Of a DNA stretch of 52,078 nucleotides, positions 23,519-35,870 are shown piece after piece. This DNA comes from Octopus bimaculoides (taxonomy: Eukaryota): NCBI RefSeq assembly GCF_001194135.2, contig NC_068984.1, forward strand, positions 75,768,418 through 75,820,495, read 5' to 3'. A program made the translations under genes and the position numbers. A model generated the notes under the pieces. It worked only from the letters and a program-made list of their open reading frames with translations. It ran no database searches and was not told the DNA's origin. The stretch's first letter is position 1, and every line of letters begins with the position of its first letter.

Positions 23519-24622
23519 TTGACCCCAGGTGCATGAGGGAGTTTCACGCCGTTGCCTTCATTTGCATTTCCTGCTGTTAAGTTGGTTGATCTGGGATTCT
23601 TGACAGTAAGACATCTAGTTTTGTTTTGAAGACATTTACATCCACCCCCATGTAGATCTCTCTCAGGTCCTTCTGGAGGATATTGAAGAGCTGTGAGCCT
23701 TTAAAGCCCAGACTATTGCAATATCTGGTCCTATATTTTGATGGCAAAGTTAGAGTCTTTGACACTATGCAGTGGCGCCCTGTTCTAGCGTTAGTGTAAC
23801 TCTCAATGCCAAAGTTTGAGACAAGTACTTCCAGGATCTTCTAGATATATATTACGGCATATCTTTCCCGCCTACGTTCCAGGGAGCAGTGTCTCAATCT
23901 CTTGAGTCTTTCCCAATAGTTTATATGCTGCATTGAGGCTATCTTCGTGTAGCTTCGTTAGATTGCCTCAAGTTCTGTAATTAATTTTACACTGGTTGGT
24001 GGCTATAGCTGGAAGAAATAGTCAAAGCAGATTAGGACGAATGTTCACCAAAGGACCATCATGGTTTCCTAATCTCTCGTTTTAAAAGTTCTAAGAATGC
24101 ATCCGGTCAACCGCCTGCATTTAATTGCCAACTTAGCAACATGCACATAGAAGGATGCATCGTTACTCATGTAAATGCCCTGGTCTCGCACTGATTGTGT
24201 CTCTGGGATTGCAATCCCTCCAGATCCAGTGTATTTAATTGGTATTGCATTTAGTTTTGCATGCTGATAGCATAGGATTGTTGTTCAGTGGCTGCCCTTT
24301 CAACTACTTGTTGATAGGACTGGTTTGTAGTGCGCACTGCATCTGCGTATTTCTATTTTGGGCTGTTGGTATGTGATCCTTTTCTTTTGGCGGATTGTTT
24401 CCACCCTTCATGTTGGTGTTGCAGGGATTTTAGTGTACAAAACGGCAGTTTGCACTTCCCACTCCATGCCAGCAGAACATCACTCACTATTTGTATGTCA
24501 TTGGAAGTGACCCAATTGGCTACTACTGCTTGATTTCTATCTTTCAGAAAGTCATACAGCCATTCTCCCAATTTCCCGACTATGCCGAGATCACGCAGTT
24601 TGTGACATATCATCTCATGGTC
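23519..24622 (-). mobile_element. CR1/L2-group LINE, 3' part of ORF2 (RT fragment with internal deletion plus C-terminus), decayed
   Basis: Minus translation DHEMICHKLRDLGIVGKLGEWLYDFLKDRNQAVVAN...VRDQGIYMSND...ILRTFKTRD...LEAI*RSYT...YWERLKRL..SLERRRERY...CNSLGFKGSQLFNIL..DL...VDVNVFKTKLDVLLSRIPDQP. Multiple stops. Confidence 0.85.
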
Positions 24623-24826
24623 TTTGTTTACTTTTTATTTTTTATTTTGTCCTTTTTCTCTCTGGCTTTCTTCCCCTTTTTCTTGTGTCACATGACTTTG
24701 TAAAAGAACGATCTGGTGTGTTTATTTTAATGGCGTAGCAATGTATACAGTGCGTTTCTCTGCCCTAAGTGTCAGGAAGACACTCGGCAAGAAATGGAAA
24801 CAGAATTGAAAGAAGATGATAATGGA

Positions 24827-24889
<63 letters not shown>

Positions 24890-24982
24890 TACCAGCTGTA
24901 TTANNNNNNNNNNCTCTGCCCTAAGTGTCAGGAAGACACTCGGCAAGAAATGGAAACAGAATTGAAAGAAGATGATAATGGA

Positions 24983-25045
<63 letters not shown>

Positions 25046-25054
25046 TACCAGCTG

Positions 25055-25125
25055 TATTAAGAGAATATTGACCAAAACATCTAAACTCAAAAGATATTCA
25101 GAGCAAACCAGGATAGAGAAAAAAT

Positions 25126-25156
<31 letters not shown>

Positions 25157-25665
25157 ATATGGATCAAAAGTGGATATATAATGGGTTGAAGGGAAATATA
25201 AGTCAAGAACAGGCCAAGCAATATCCACAAGAATGTAATAAGATCTGGAGAGAAATTTGAGGCAAAGAAAATAATCGTAGTGCTGAACAGGAATGGTTAG
25301 AGACACTTAGAGATAGAATAAAAATCAATAAGCAGGATAATATATACGTATTGCAATGATGATGGTAAATAAACAGTCTTCTAGTAAAATTTCAAACTGT
25401 AAAACCCCAGGCCTTGATGGCGTTCTAGAGTGCTTACTGAAAATTTCAAATCGTTAAATGAGAGAATATTTTTTTTTGTGGATTTGAATAAGATAATAAC
25501 CAACGGTGATTACTGTTTTATTCCTGCATGGAGGATACATGGAAGAATTATTTCATTGTTAAAGGGCCCATCAAACGAAGATGTTGTCAACATTTTTCAA
25601 CCATTACCATATCTTCCTTTGATGTGGAAGCTTTCAACTAAAATTATTGTAGATAACATGTATTA
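25055..25665 (+). mobile_element. Dong/R4-type LINE pre-RT and RT-start fragment, interrupted by (TA)n
   Basis: IKRILTKTSKLKRYSEQ ... KIWREI ... EWLETL ... SKISNCKTPGLDGV ... IPAWRIHGRIISLLK ... FQPLPYLPLMWKLSTKII. These match KxPGxDG, PxWM..GRT.L..K and RPITCLP..WK motifs. It begins after an (AAT)n tract. Confidence 0.75.
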
Positions 25666-26471
25666 TATATTATATATTTTCACGTTCGTGCTGTTTCAGT
25701 TATTTGTGTAAATACATATATCGTTGCTCAGAAATTTCAATATTTTCTATTTCCTTGAGTCCTTTGTTAAACTCTTGCACGAAACAGTATTCTCGATATT
25801 TACTTATGTCATTGATATTATATACGTGGTGGGGTTACACGGGCATTTATTCATAGAGTACAGGTGCGGTAATTAACTGTTTAACCTTCCTAGTTAGTGG
25901 TGTATATAAGCTGTACGTACTAAGGTGTGTACGTATATGTGTGTTTGTGTGTCTGTGTATGTCTGTGCGTGACTGAGTATGTATGTATGTATGTATGTAT
26001 GTACGAGAGTCTATGCATGTGAGTTTGTAGACAGACAGACAGATAGATAGATAAATAGATAGATACGTATTTTGACGAGTCAATCAAATGAGAGAGGATC
26101 TGCAGGAAATGATGAAGTCTGTATACTTCAAGCTCTCTTTGAACATGCTTGGAGAAACTTGTAGGCATGGCTCTGCTGTTCTAGAAAGGAACGTTTAAGG
26201 AAAATGCTTACAGAATCCGCGACCTGAGACACACATGTAAGGAGTGCATTCATGACATGAGCAAGTTAGACAACTAAACGGATACTTTTCATTATATATC
26301 CGAGTTTATCTTTGTGGGGGTGGGTGAGAAAGAGAGAGAGAGAGAGAGAGAGAGTGTGTGTGTGTGTGTGTGTGTGTGTNNNNNNNNNNTGTGTGTGTGT
26401 GTGTATGGGCACAGGTTCATATGTATTGTATGTGTAGGTTGGTAGGGAGGTATAGATGGTATGTGCGTACG

Positions 26472-27327
26472 TACGAAGAGGTATCCAAAAGTAACCGGAA
26501 ACGTTCTCTGTGGAACAAGCCCGTTGTAATTGAAGCGACCCTCAGGCATCAGTCTGCCGACGGCGTCGTACTGTGAAATCGTACTTCCACATGGTTCGAC
26601 TTTGTTTTGTAGTGCTTCTCCCCCGTTCGTCGATTTTTGCGATGGCTGAAACGAAGGAACAGCATGCTTACGTGAAATTCTGTTTTTTGCTGGGGAAAAC
26701 AGCAGCTGAAACAGTTGTCATGCTTCAAACAGCTTACAAGGACGCTGCCTTGAGCAAAATACAAGTTTACGAGTAGTTTCCACACTTTAGGAATGGTCAC
26801 TTGTCGTTTGAAAACTAACCTCTTTCAGGATGACCGTCGACCTCCCGAACAAATGAAAATACCACGAAAATTCATGAACTGATCTTGGAGGACCGTCACC
26901 GAAAAATTGCCGAACTTACTGATACGGCCAATGAATTTTGAGCGAAGAATTACAAATGAAATTAGTTGTAGCAAACTTTGTGCCTCGCTTGCTCACGGAA
27001 GATCAAAAGCAGCCATGATTGAATGCATGTCGTGAACTGGAAGGACAGTTGGAAGTTGATCTAGACCTTTTTTCGAAGATCATCACTGGTGACGAAAGCT
27101 GGGGCTATGGAATTTGCAGATGTGGAAGAGGTGAAGAAAAAACGACGGGGGCTTTAAAAGCATCACTTCGCGAGTGTTCCAGGACTGCTTCGAATAGTGA
27201 AAAATGCGCCTGGACCGATGCATTGCTTCAAATGGAGAATACTTTGAAGGCGACAAAAGTGTAAACATATAAAACTAAATGAATAAAATAATGCAAGATT
27301 CCGGCTTCTTTTAGGTACTCCCTCATA
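26472..27327 (+). mobile_element. Internally deleted mariner transposon with both TIRs and TA target duplication
   Basis: Left TA-CGAAGAGGTATCCAAAAGTAACCGGAA; the right end reverse-complements to TA-TGAGGGAGTACCTAAAAGAAGCCGGAA. Relic transposase MAETKEQHAYVKFCFLLGKTAAET...FVPRLLTEDQK...ITGDESWGYG is fused directly to FADVEEVKKK...RCIASNGEYFEGD. The catalytic core (second and third D) is deleted and there are several stops. Confidence 0.9.
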
Positions 27328-28300
27328 TGTAGGCGTCTAGGCTGAATGTTTAAGATTATTACACAACCAAGAGGTCTCAGATTCGATCCTACTGCAAGAC
27401 ATCCTGGGAAACTATCTTCTATCATGGCCTCAAATTGATCCGAGCCCTAAGAGCGCACTAATCTGGAATACTCATCCAGTTTATACATTTATATAATAAG
27501 TAGATAATTTACTTGATCGAACAACTGAAATATTTATTCACCACCACGACTATTATTATTACTTCTGCTAGTTATTCAACTGCTACAGTCACTCCTAAGA
27601 AAACAAGTCTTGACCACACTATTTAATTTACAAAAACAGAAGTAATTTGCCGTCAGAGTCAATTCAACTTCTCATGCCACCACAACTAACGAATATCACC
27701 ACGTGCTCTTGCAGGAAAAAGCAAAGTAAACTATGAATGTTAATCTTAATTTTAATTTTAACTTTATTTTATTAATAGCTCTTTTCTCTATATATATTTC
27801 ATTTTAGTACATATTTTTGATAAGGTTTTTCAAAAACCAAAACATTTAAATGCATTCATATAAAAGGAAAATTAAAATGTACCCAATTTTAAGAAAGTAG
27901 CANNNNNNNNNNNNNNNNNNNNNNNNNNNNNNNNNNNNNNNNNNNNNNNNNNNNNNNNNNNNNNNNNNNNNNNNNNNNNNNNNNNNNNNNNNNNNNNNNN
28001 NNNNNNNNNNNNNNNNNNNNNNNNNNNNNNNNNNNNNNNNNNNNNNNNNNNNNNNNNNNNNNNNNNNNNNNNNNNNNNNNNNNNNNNNNNNNNNNNNNNN
28101 NNNNNNNNNNNNNNNNNNNNNNNNNNNNNNNNNNNNNNNNNNNNNNNNNNNNNNNNNNNNNNNNNNNNNNNNNNNNNNNNNNNNNNNNNNNNNNNNNNNN
28201 NNNNNNNNNNNNNNNNNNNNNNNNNNNNNNNNNNNNNNNNNNNNNNNNNNNNNNNNNNNNNNNNNNNNNNNNNNNNNNNNNNNNNNNNNNNNNNNNNNNN

Positions 28301-28347
<47 letters not shown>

Positions 28348-29145
28348 TGGTTGTGTGTGTATGTGAGTATGTGGATGTATGTCTGTATGTATGTATGTAT
28401 GTAATTATGTATGTGTGTGTGTATGTAAATACACACATAAACAAGCACACATACATATATAGAGAGAGGGGGATTGAAGGGGAGAGAGAAATAGGACGAT
28501 AATATTGACTTATCGATTTCTTTTTTAATGGAAGAATTAAGGATGTTTCTCTAAGAAGCCGTTAGAACAAAAATTGATCATGGTGGAAGAGAAAAGCGAG
28601 AAAGTGGAATTAAAAATCAACAGCAGATTTAATGAAAGCGTGGATTGAGAAAGAAGATGGATGTAGGGACAGTTATAAACAGAGAGGGGTTAATATAATG
28701 TTGAGAACCGTAATGCAAGTTGGTAGGTGGCGTAAAATACACCCGGAAATGAGATAACTTCACACGGTGCGTAAATATTTGGACTTTGAAGGTCTTTCAG
28801 TAGAGTTAATTCTATTCAAATAAAAAAAATCGTAGCGATCGTTTTACGGGGTTCTGTTTTAATGTTATAATTTTGTTTGCCTTTGACAGTATATATAAAG
28901 AATCGCTAAAGGATTGATGGCAGTACAACACTATTAACATTACTTCAACAACCAATCCTATTCAACATATCTAACTATTCCCAAATGATGGGCGCCATAT
29001 TCTTTTCAATTTGTGTGATGTATGCGTGAGTGTTTGTGTATGTGTCAGTGTGGGTGTACGTATGTGTGGGAGGGGGTACACTTTGGATGTACAGCATATA
29101 ATAATTCAAAAAGAGTATTTTAAAAAGTAGGGTTTTTTCTACATA

Positions 29146-29560
29146 GAGGCAAGCATGGTTGAGTGGTTTGCAACCATGTAGTTTCGGGTTCATTCCCCTG
29201 CACGGCATCTTGAGCAAGTGTCTTCTACTGTAGCCCCAAACAGACCTATGCCTTGTAAGTGAATTTGGGAGATGGAAACTATGGGAATTGTGTGTGTAAA
29301 CCCATGATATATATAATATTTATATGTATAAGTGTGTATGTTTTTGCTTTTGTGTTTCTTCCTTCTACCGTTTGACAACTGTTTCTTTTTTTAGGTCCCC
29401 GTAATTTAGCGGTTCGGCAAAAGAGACTGATAAAATAAGTTCCAGACTTTAGAAAGAAGTACTCGAGTCGATTTGTTCGACTAAACTCTTCAAAGTGGAG
29501 TCCCAGCATGGCAACAGGTCAGTGACTGAAATAAGTAAAAATTAAAAGTTAAAAGAAAAA
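29146..29560 (+). mobile_element. SINE family C, full length, diverged
   Basis: Head GGGTTCATTCCC...GCAAGTGTCTTCTACTGTAGCC; tail GTCCCCGTAATTTAGCGGTTCGGCAAAAGAGAC...GACTGAAATAAGTAAAA. Confidence 0.8.
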
Positions 29561-31555
29561 GCCTATATACTATATCAAGCAAAGAATGAAACGCTCAGAC
29601 TGCGAATCAACGAGTGAGCTTCTACGTAGATAGTCGACCTGCGAGAAATATCACCCAAATCGAGCTCAAATCACACGCTATACATTAGAAAATGTAGAAC
29701 TAGATGCACTGTCTCTGAAAACTGAATTTCCCTAGAGTTTAGTGTCGGTAATTTTACGTCAACGAAAAAGTGAATAAAAAGTAAACATTTAAAGTGAGAA
29801 CTAGTTTGTAATGTTTTTGAAAGAAATATAAAATTCTTTCCCACTGTAAACTCGCTTATAATGGATTATACCTCGAGCAATTTTAATCTTTTGTCAACAA
29901 GACCGAGAACAAAGAGAACTTTTCTTTTTCGTTCTTTCTATTTCCAAAATTAGTGATTCATATCACTGCCACGATGAAAATATAAAGAAGAAAATTAAAT
30001 TACAGTACAAACTGTGAGTTAATAATGTCCACCTTGACTTACTAATGAAATAATGATTTCTTAATTAGACATTAAGCCTTGGGCAAACAGACTTAAATGT
30101 CATATCTAGGTACACAAAGCGATGCCTGCAGCGTGATACCCTAATTGAGTAATGTGTCTTAGACATTCATTTAAATGTCAAACCAAAGCTGGAGAATTTA
30201 AAAACAAAAATGTAGCTAAGAAATTAGATATTTTGTAGTTAAAAGAATTGTATTAGTATGATGTTACATGTGGTTTTCTACGATGTCAATAATCGTAACT
30301 AAAATGTCTGCGGTTTATATTTTCCCATCAGTGCAACCTCTGTCTGCCTCCATTACTAAATATTTGGCCAATGTTCTTTCTATGATCTATCTAGCCAAAT
30401 TTGAACCATGATTAGTTAGTTATAGCTTACCGCTGTAAATAGTGGGGTCACTACTTAACTAACGTGTGTCTAATTAGTTTGTTGTACTGATTAGCAGCCG
30501 CCTAAATCGATCAAGGAAAGGCAATGGTGAACCATATTAGTATTCTCTGCAACTGAAATCAGTAAGTTTACCATATGCTTAATGTTTCATACCATCAACG
30601 GTAAAAAAAAATAACGATAGCAACTAAAGATGGTGCACATGGTTGAAAAAAAAAGCTGGATACTATAAATGCACTGGTAAAACAAAGCGGGGTTTCAAAT
30701 TCCAAATACTTTTGGAGTTCAGTTTGAAAATTTGATAGAATAAATACTAGTGGTGCTCAAACGTCAATCGAGATAACTATTGATATTACCACGATACAAA
30801 AACAGTTTCTTTTGGCTTGTAAAATCAAGGCTGTGTTTACACGAGCTGAAAAACAACCTCTTACATATCGATAATGGAGTCAATATTGTTCAATAGACAA
30901 TTTGAGAGAAAAATAACTCTTGAGTCGGCAAGTGTTACATTATTTTGAGACAGCGGGACAGAGAATTAAGGAAATTCTACGCTGTTTCAGTTTCTCAGCC
31001 GGCAAGGAATGGCTTCCAAGTGTTCCTCAAGAAAATTATCTGCTATATACAAACGTTGTACCACTAGAATCAAATAGATGTTTCGTGCCTTACTGACGAA
31101 ATGCCATAATAACGAGATCTTTGAACTTCGTAGTTTCTCAAAACAGTGATTTTTAACCTGTAATGGGTTCTTTTGCTTATGTTTTTTGTTTATTTACAAA
31201 ACCTGTTGAAGTTTGCTTTCCAAACGTCTAAAAATGTAAAATATATACCAATGCTATACTAGTGTCAATTTGTTAATTGTGCGTCATAATCTCTCTCCTA
31301 CAAAAATAAAGGAACTCTTGTACCAATTATAAACTGTGACTATGTTGTATCTCTATATCAACCAATAGATTATTTCATGTGCATGAGTTATGTGGAAGTT
31401 GTCATGGCTACGGTTTAGTGTTGTTGTTGTTGTTGTTGTTATATAACCCCAGGCCATTTTTGATCCAGCAGATACACATCTTTTTCAGACATAGTGTATC
31501 TAGGACTACGCTTTACAATGAGGCACGAAGACACACACACACACACACACACACA

Positions 31556-31593
<38 letters not shown>

Positions 31594-31603
31594 NNNNNNN
31601 NNN

Positions 31604-31763
31604 ACGACGGGCTTCTTTCAGTTTCCGCCTACCAAATCCGATCACAAGGCTTTGGTCAGCCCGAAGCTCTAGTAGAAGACATTTGCCCAAGGTGCCAAGC
31701 AGTGGGACTGAACCTGGGACCGTATGGTTGGGAAGCAAGCTTCTTACCATGCAACCACACCTG
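31604..31763 (-). mobile_element. SINE family C, 5' half
   Basis: GGCTTCTTTCAGTTTCCG...GTAGAAGACATTTGCCCAAGGTGCC...GCAAGCTTCTTACC; abuts a (TA)n tract and gap. Confidence 0.85.
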
Positions 31764-32059
31764 ATATGATAAAGAGTGTATATAAAGAGTCCTACTATTC
31801 AGAAATGATACTTATACAAGCATAGTTTAAAGATGTTATTTCAAGGTCTTCTTTATTATAAACAGACAAATTGATATTTAAAAAAAATAATTAGATATAA
31901 CCAGAAAATTCATGATAAACAGGTATAAATCAAAGGGAAGAAATAAAGTATGCAAATCAAACAAAATAGATATATGTAAATAGGATTTAAAAAATTAGAG
32001 TGAAAGCCCTGCAAACAACTAAATAATTAGAATAAACAGAAAAGTTGTCTTGGTAATTA

Positions 32060-32347
32060 ATAATTCTTTCTACTACAATCAGAAGGCCTGAAATTTTGGC
32101 GGAGGAGGTTAGTCGATTACATCGACCCAAGAATTCGACTGGTACTTATTTTATCGTCCACGAAAGGATAAAAGGCAAAGCTGACCTCGCTAGGTTTTGG
32201 AAGGATCTGTTTTTGATTGGTATGTTATTTTATCGACACCAGAAAGATGAAAGATTAAGTGACCCTCGGTAGCGTTTAAATTTACAACGCAAGGGGACGT
32301 AACTATATATCACATCACCTTTTGTCCGATTCTGTCAATCCACCGCC
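32060..32347 (-). mobile_element. SINE family B, diverged, with internal partial duplication
   Basis: The segment GGTA..TTATTTTATCG...AAAG.AT.AAAG occurs twice (~32140-32185 and ~32218-32265). Confidence 0.65.
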
Positions 32348-33049
32348 GTCCTGGTAATCAATAGTATTTTCAGTATGGTTTGTTAGAGATTTATTAAGTA
32401 TACTGTAAATGTTTAAATCCATAAGATAGAAAATAAAATATATTATCCTAATACTTTGGCAATATATTCAAAGTATTGAACACATAGAAAGGGAAACCTT
32501 TTGTAAATAATTGCGCTGCTATATAAGATTAAAGCTAATACTTGGAAGAACTGAATACAATAGAAAAAAAATTAAACAGTTAGTTGCCGTGGCAATTAAT
32601 AATAGCTTCAGTAAAATATATTCAGGATTGAGTGAACTGAAAAATGTACATTGAAAAGTAATGGAAATGGTAGTAGAATTCAGAATACAGCAGTTAGAAA
32701 TGTTGTCAATACATACAACCATTGCCATATAGTCAGTCAAGGAAGGGTGAAAGGAAGGAAGGAGGAATGAGTCTTATCTAATTTTTTTTTTTTTTAATGT
32801 TAAATAATAACTATAGTTGATCTAAAGACAGTAATCTTACTGAAAATCGAAGATGCTATAAACAGGTTCGGAAATGTAGAGAGGGAAAAAACATTACGAA
32901 CAGTGAGATAGAAACGATCTGATAAAAGTGAGTGGGGGAATTGAAACGCATCGGAACAAAAGAGATAAATACAGCATAGATATAGGTGGGAGTGAGATAA
33001 CTATAATAATTCATAACAGAAACAACTCCAATATATACACATGTGGCTG

Positions 33050-33163
33050 TGTGCGTGCGTGTATGTGTGTGTGCGTGCGTGTGTGTATGAGTGTGCGAGC
33101 GCGAGTGGGTACAAATGAGTGTGTGTGTGTGTGTGCACAAAAGAGTGTGTATGTGTATGAGTG

Positions 33164-33235
<72 letters not shown>
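33050..33235. repeat. (GT)n-rich compound microsatellite
   Basis: Directly visible. Confidence 0.9.
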
Positions 33236-33236
<1 letters not shown>

Positions 33237-34159
33237 TTGCGTTTTTATTTATAACTAGATAGTATATATATATATTCATTAGAAGTTTCACCAATACATA
33301 GGTCATCAAGTAATGTGAGGTAACTTCTATGGTCTCACATTGATATATTCTGATGATATATTTTATTATCTTTGATGAAAAATAATCGGTTATAATCCAG
33401 TCATTATGTTTCCAATTTTTGAATACTGTTTGGAATTGACTGCTGCATTATGGAGTAGTTTACGAAAATTGATTTTGAGTATGTAGGAGTGAGTCTGTTT
33501 TAACTTAAAGGATAATTAGCGAATACATCTTTTAACAGAATGTGAGGGTGTTTTATTTAAAAAAGCCAATATATTAAGAATTGGATAGTATATAAGATTT
33601 TACTTTAAAACATACTGCACCACATAGGTTTTTCGAATGATTCGAAATGAATGATGTACGTATTTTTTATTCAATAAAATGTGTGAAAAACGTTACACCA
33701 CAAATTTTATCTTTCTGTGTGTAAAAAAAAGGTGGCACTGATCTGACTAGTTTCTTGTCTTATATTTTCATCAGTGAAAAGAAATATTCATCTTCTGAAT
33801 ACGCAGAGGCTATTTAAAGTGTATACAAACTAGAACTCAGCTAATTTGTCGTTTTAATTTGCATCATGGTGCATGCGCTGACAACATAGATTAATTAATT
33901 AATTGATTGATTGATTGATGTACGTTTCGCAGTGTTATAGAGTTATTTGAAGTGTAAGGTATATTTTTCTTAATGGACATATAATTTCTGTGAAAAGTAA
34001 ACAAAATGATTATATCAGTGGTTTAATATTTCTGTGAGCAGAATCCATATCACTCCTTTCTAGGATCCTTTCTAGACATCTTAGAGTTTCATCAAAGGAA
34101 GAATACTGATTTTCTGTTTGCAGAGAGATAGGTTATTCAATCCATTTTGTCAGTGGGTG

Positions 34160-34174
34160 CTTTGTTATGCAAAT
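34160..34174 (+). promoter_or_regulatory. Candidate Sox-POU (Sox-Oct) composite binding site
   Basis: CTTTGTTATGCAAAT: Sox half-site CTTTGT directly abutting octamer ATGCAAAT in the canonical spacing, within a ~1.6-kb block lacking recognisable repeats. Function untested. Confidence 0.4.
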
Positions 34175-34899
34175 TAGAACGACGAGTCTTTATATACATT
34201 ATAAACAGCTATAAATTCATGATCTCTTTGTGGACAGAAGATAGGTATTTTCTAAATGATGAAGATCTAAGAAAACAAAGACTAGTAAGATTGAGCCCAC
34301 TTGCTCTATCAACGGAAAGATAAAACCTGTGGTTTAACCAATTTGTTTGTCTGTAATGTTTTTCAATCTATATAATAACTTACTTGTTCATTCACCTGTT
34401 ATATATTAGTTAGTTAGAGAGGTGGAGGTGGAATGACTGAGAGATGGAGTAATAGTGAGACAAGGTGAGAGAGAGAAGGGGGGAGAAAGAAGTGTTGACG
34501 ACGTGCGGTGAGGTGGGGAAGGAATACTTCTTACGTGGTCAAAAAGTTAGCTGAAGGGAAAGATAGAGATGGACAGGAGAGGCAGTTATATTGAGAGAGA
34601 CACACAGACAGACAGATAGCGGTGGCGGTGGTGGTGGTGATGTATTGATAGTGAATTTTTTTTTTAACCAACTTTTTTTTATAGCGACCATCGCTAAGGC
34701 ATACGCATTAGTGCAGCTGTTTATCGTCTGCTCGCTTTAGCCTAAACTCTGGATTCACAAAAAACACGGTTGCAAGCTGCCCGAGAAAGGATGCGCAGAT
34801 ATAGAGCACGGATCAGAGAGTAACAGCGAGAATGTTATGCAGTTTAGGATGTTATTTAAAAGCTACATACATGTAACTGTACTCGTGTCCCATCTTCTT

Positions 34900-35110
34900 T
34901 ATGATGTTCTACATATTTATTTATGGGAGAATGTACGAAAAAAAACAACAGACGAGGACAGGTGGTGTAAACAACAAAAGGATGTATTAGTTTGACGCTC
35001 GGGAGTACAGAAAGTCTTTGACGTTTCGAGCTACGCTCTTCAACAGAAAGAATACGGAGAAAACAAGGAGAAAAACACGGAGAAAAAAATTGAATGGTGT
35101 TTGGTCAACG
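34900..35110 (-). mobile_element. Penelope-like element terminal-repeat remnant (second family)
   Basis: Contains a minimal hammerhead with palindromic GAAACGUC (35015-35051), followed on the minus strand by CCCGAGCGTCAAACTAATACATCC...ATAAATAAA. Boundaries approximate. Confidence 0.55.
35015..35051 (-). ncRNA. Minimal type I hammerhead motif with core mutation (A6U), probably inactive
   Basis: Minus: UCUUU-CUGUUGA-A-GAGC(GUA)GCUC-GAAA-CG-UC-AAAGA. Stem I 5 bp, stem II 4 bp, palindromic ACGU stem III. CUGUUGA replaces CUGANGA. Confidence 0.6.
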
Positions 35111-35697
35111 GTCTATAGCTTATCTTAAATATATTTACTCTCATACCGATGCAATATTTTTACATCTGCGAAATGTTAAATGTGTTAATGTTCACCCCCA
35201 ACTGACTGATTTTTCTATGAAAGTGCAAATCGGTGTCACATTTGTGTGTCTGTGCAAAAATTTGCGTCGTGTGTTTCATGTTTACATTGAAATTTTTATA
35301 TTACATTGTTTGTCTGCAGTGGCTCACTGGTTGCTGATTTCAAGTTGTAAAGAAAGATGTAATACCAATGTGTTTTTTCATTATCTTCACACTATTTGTT
35401 TCGTAATTAAGTGTGATATATACGTTGAATTCTGTTTTACGCTTCTTTTAATGGCACAGTCATCTATTATATAATTAGAGTGTATTTAGTTTATGCATTA
35501 AAAAGTGCAGATTGTGTGTGTTTAAGTGGTTATCTGTGGTTGTGAATTTGTTCTTCTAATGTTCTGTATCTTGGTCTGCTAATTTATTTGAAATGTATGA
35601 CTATTGGTTTCTAAGTCGTGCACAAATTTCATGGGAAGGATTTAGTTGATTCTCCACAACCAAATTATAGTAATGGTTATTCATGACATTAAGAAGA

Positions 35698-35870
35698 AAG
35701 TTGGGGCGAAAGAGTACAACAGGGGTTGCCACCAACCCCTGTCGGAGCCTCATGGAGCTTTTAGGTGTTTTCGCTCAATAAACACACACAACGACCGGTC
35801 TGGGAATCGAAACCGCGATCCTCCGACCGCGAGTTCGCTGCCCTAACCACTGGCGCCATTGCGCCTCCAC
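35698..35870 (-). mobile_element. SINE family A, 5' half
   Basis: Matches ~870-1039 (GGAGCTTT.AGGTGTTTTCGCTCAATAAACAC...CCATTGCGCCTCCAC). Confidence 0.85.

Noticed and set aside
24758-25059. Apparent perfect 146-bp tandem duplication (24758-24903 and 24914-25059)
   Set aside because: The copies are identical in sequence and length and are separated by a 10-N spacer; this is the signature of an unmerged contig overlap, not biology.
33735-33780. CUGAUGA...GAAA match on the minus strand
   Set aside because: Neither stem I nor stem II can pair; chance match in AT-rich DNA.
34124-34244. Possible 121-nt plus-strand exon (TTTCTGTTTGCAG acceptor, AG|GTATTT donor)
   Set aside because: All three frames contain stops and the donor is weak; unsupported without transcript data.
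35094-35474. 126-aa ORF beside the Penelope-like remnant as a GIY-YIG or host protein
   Set aside because: No GIY-YIG or other recognisable motif on either strand; the composition is what T-rich non-coding DNA gives.
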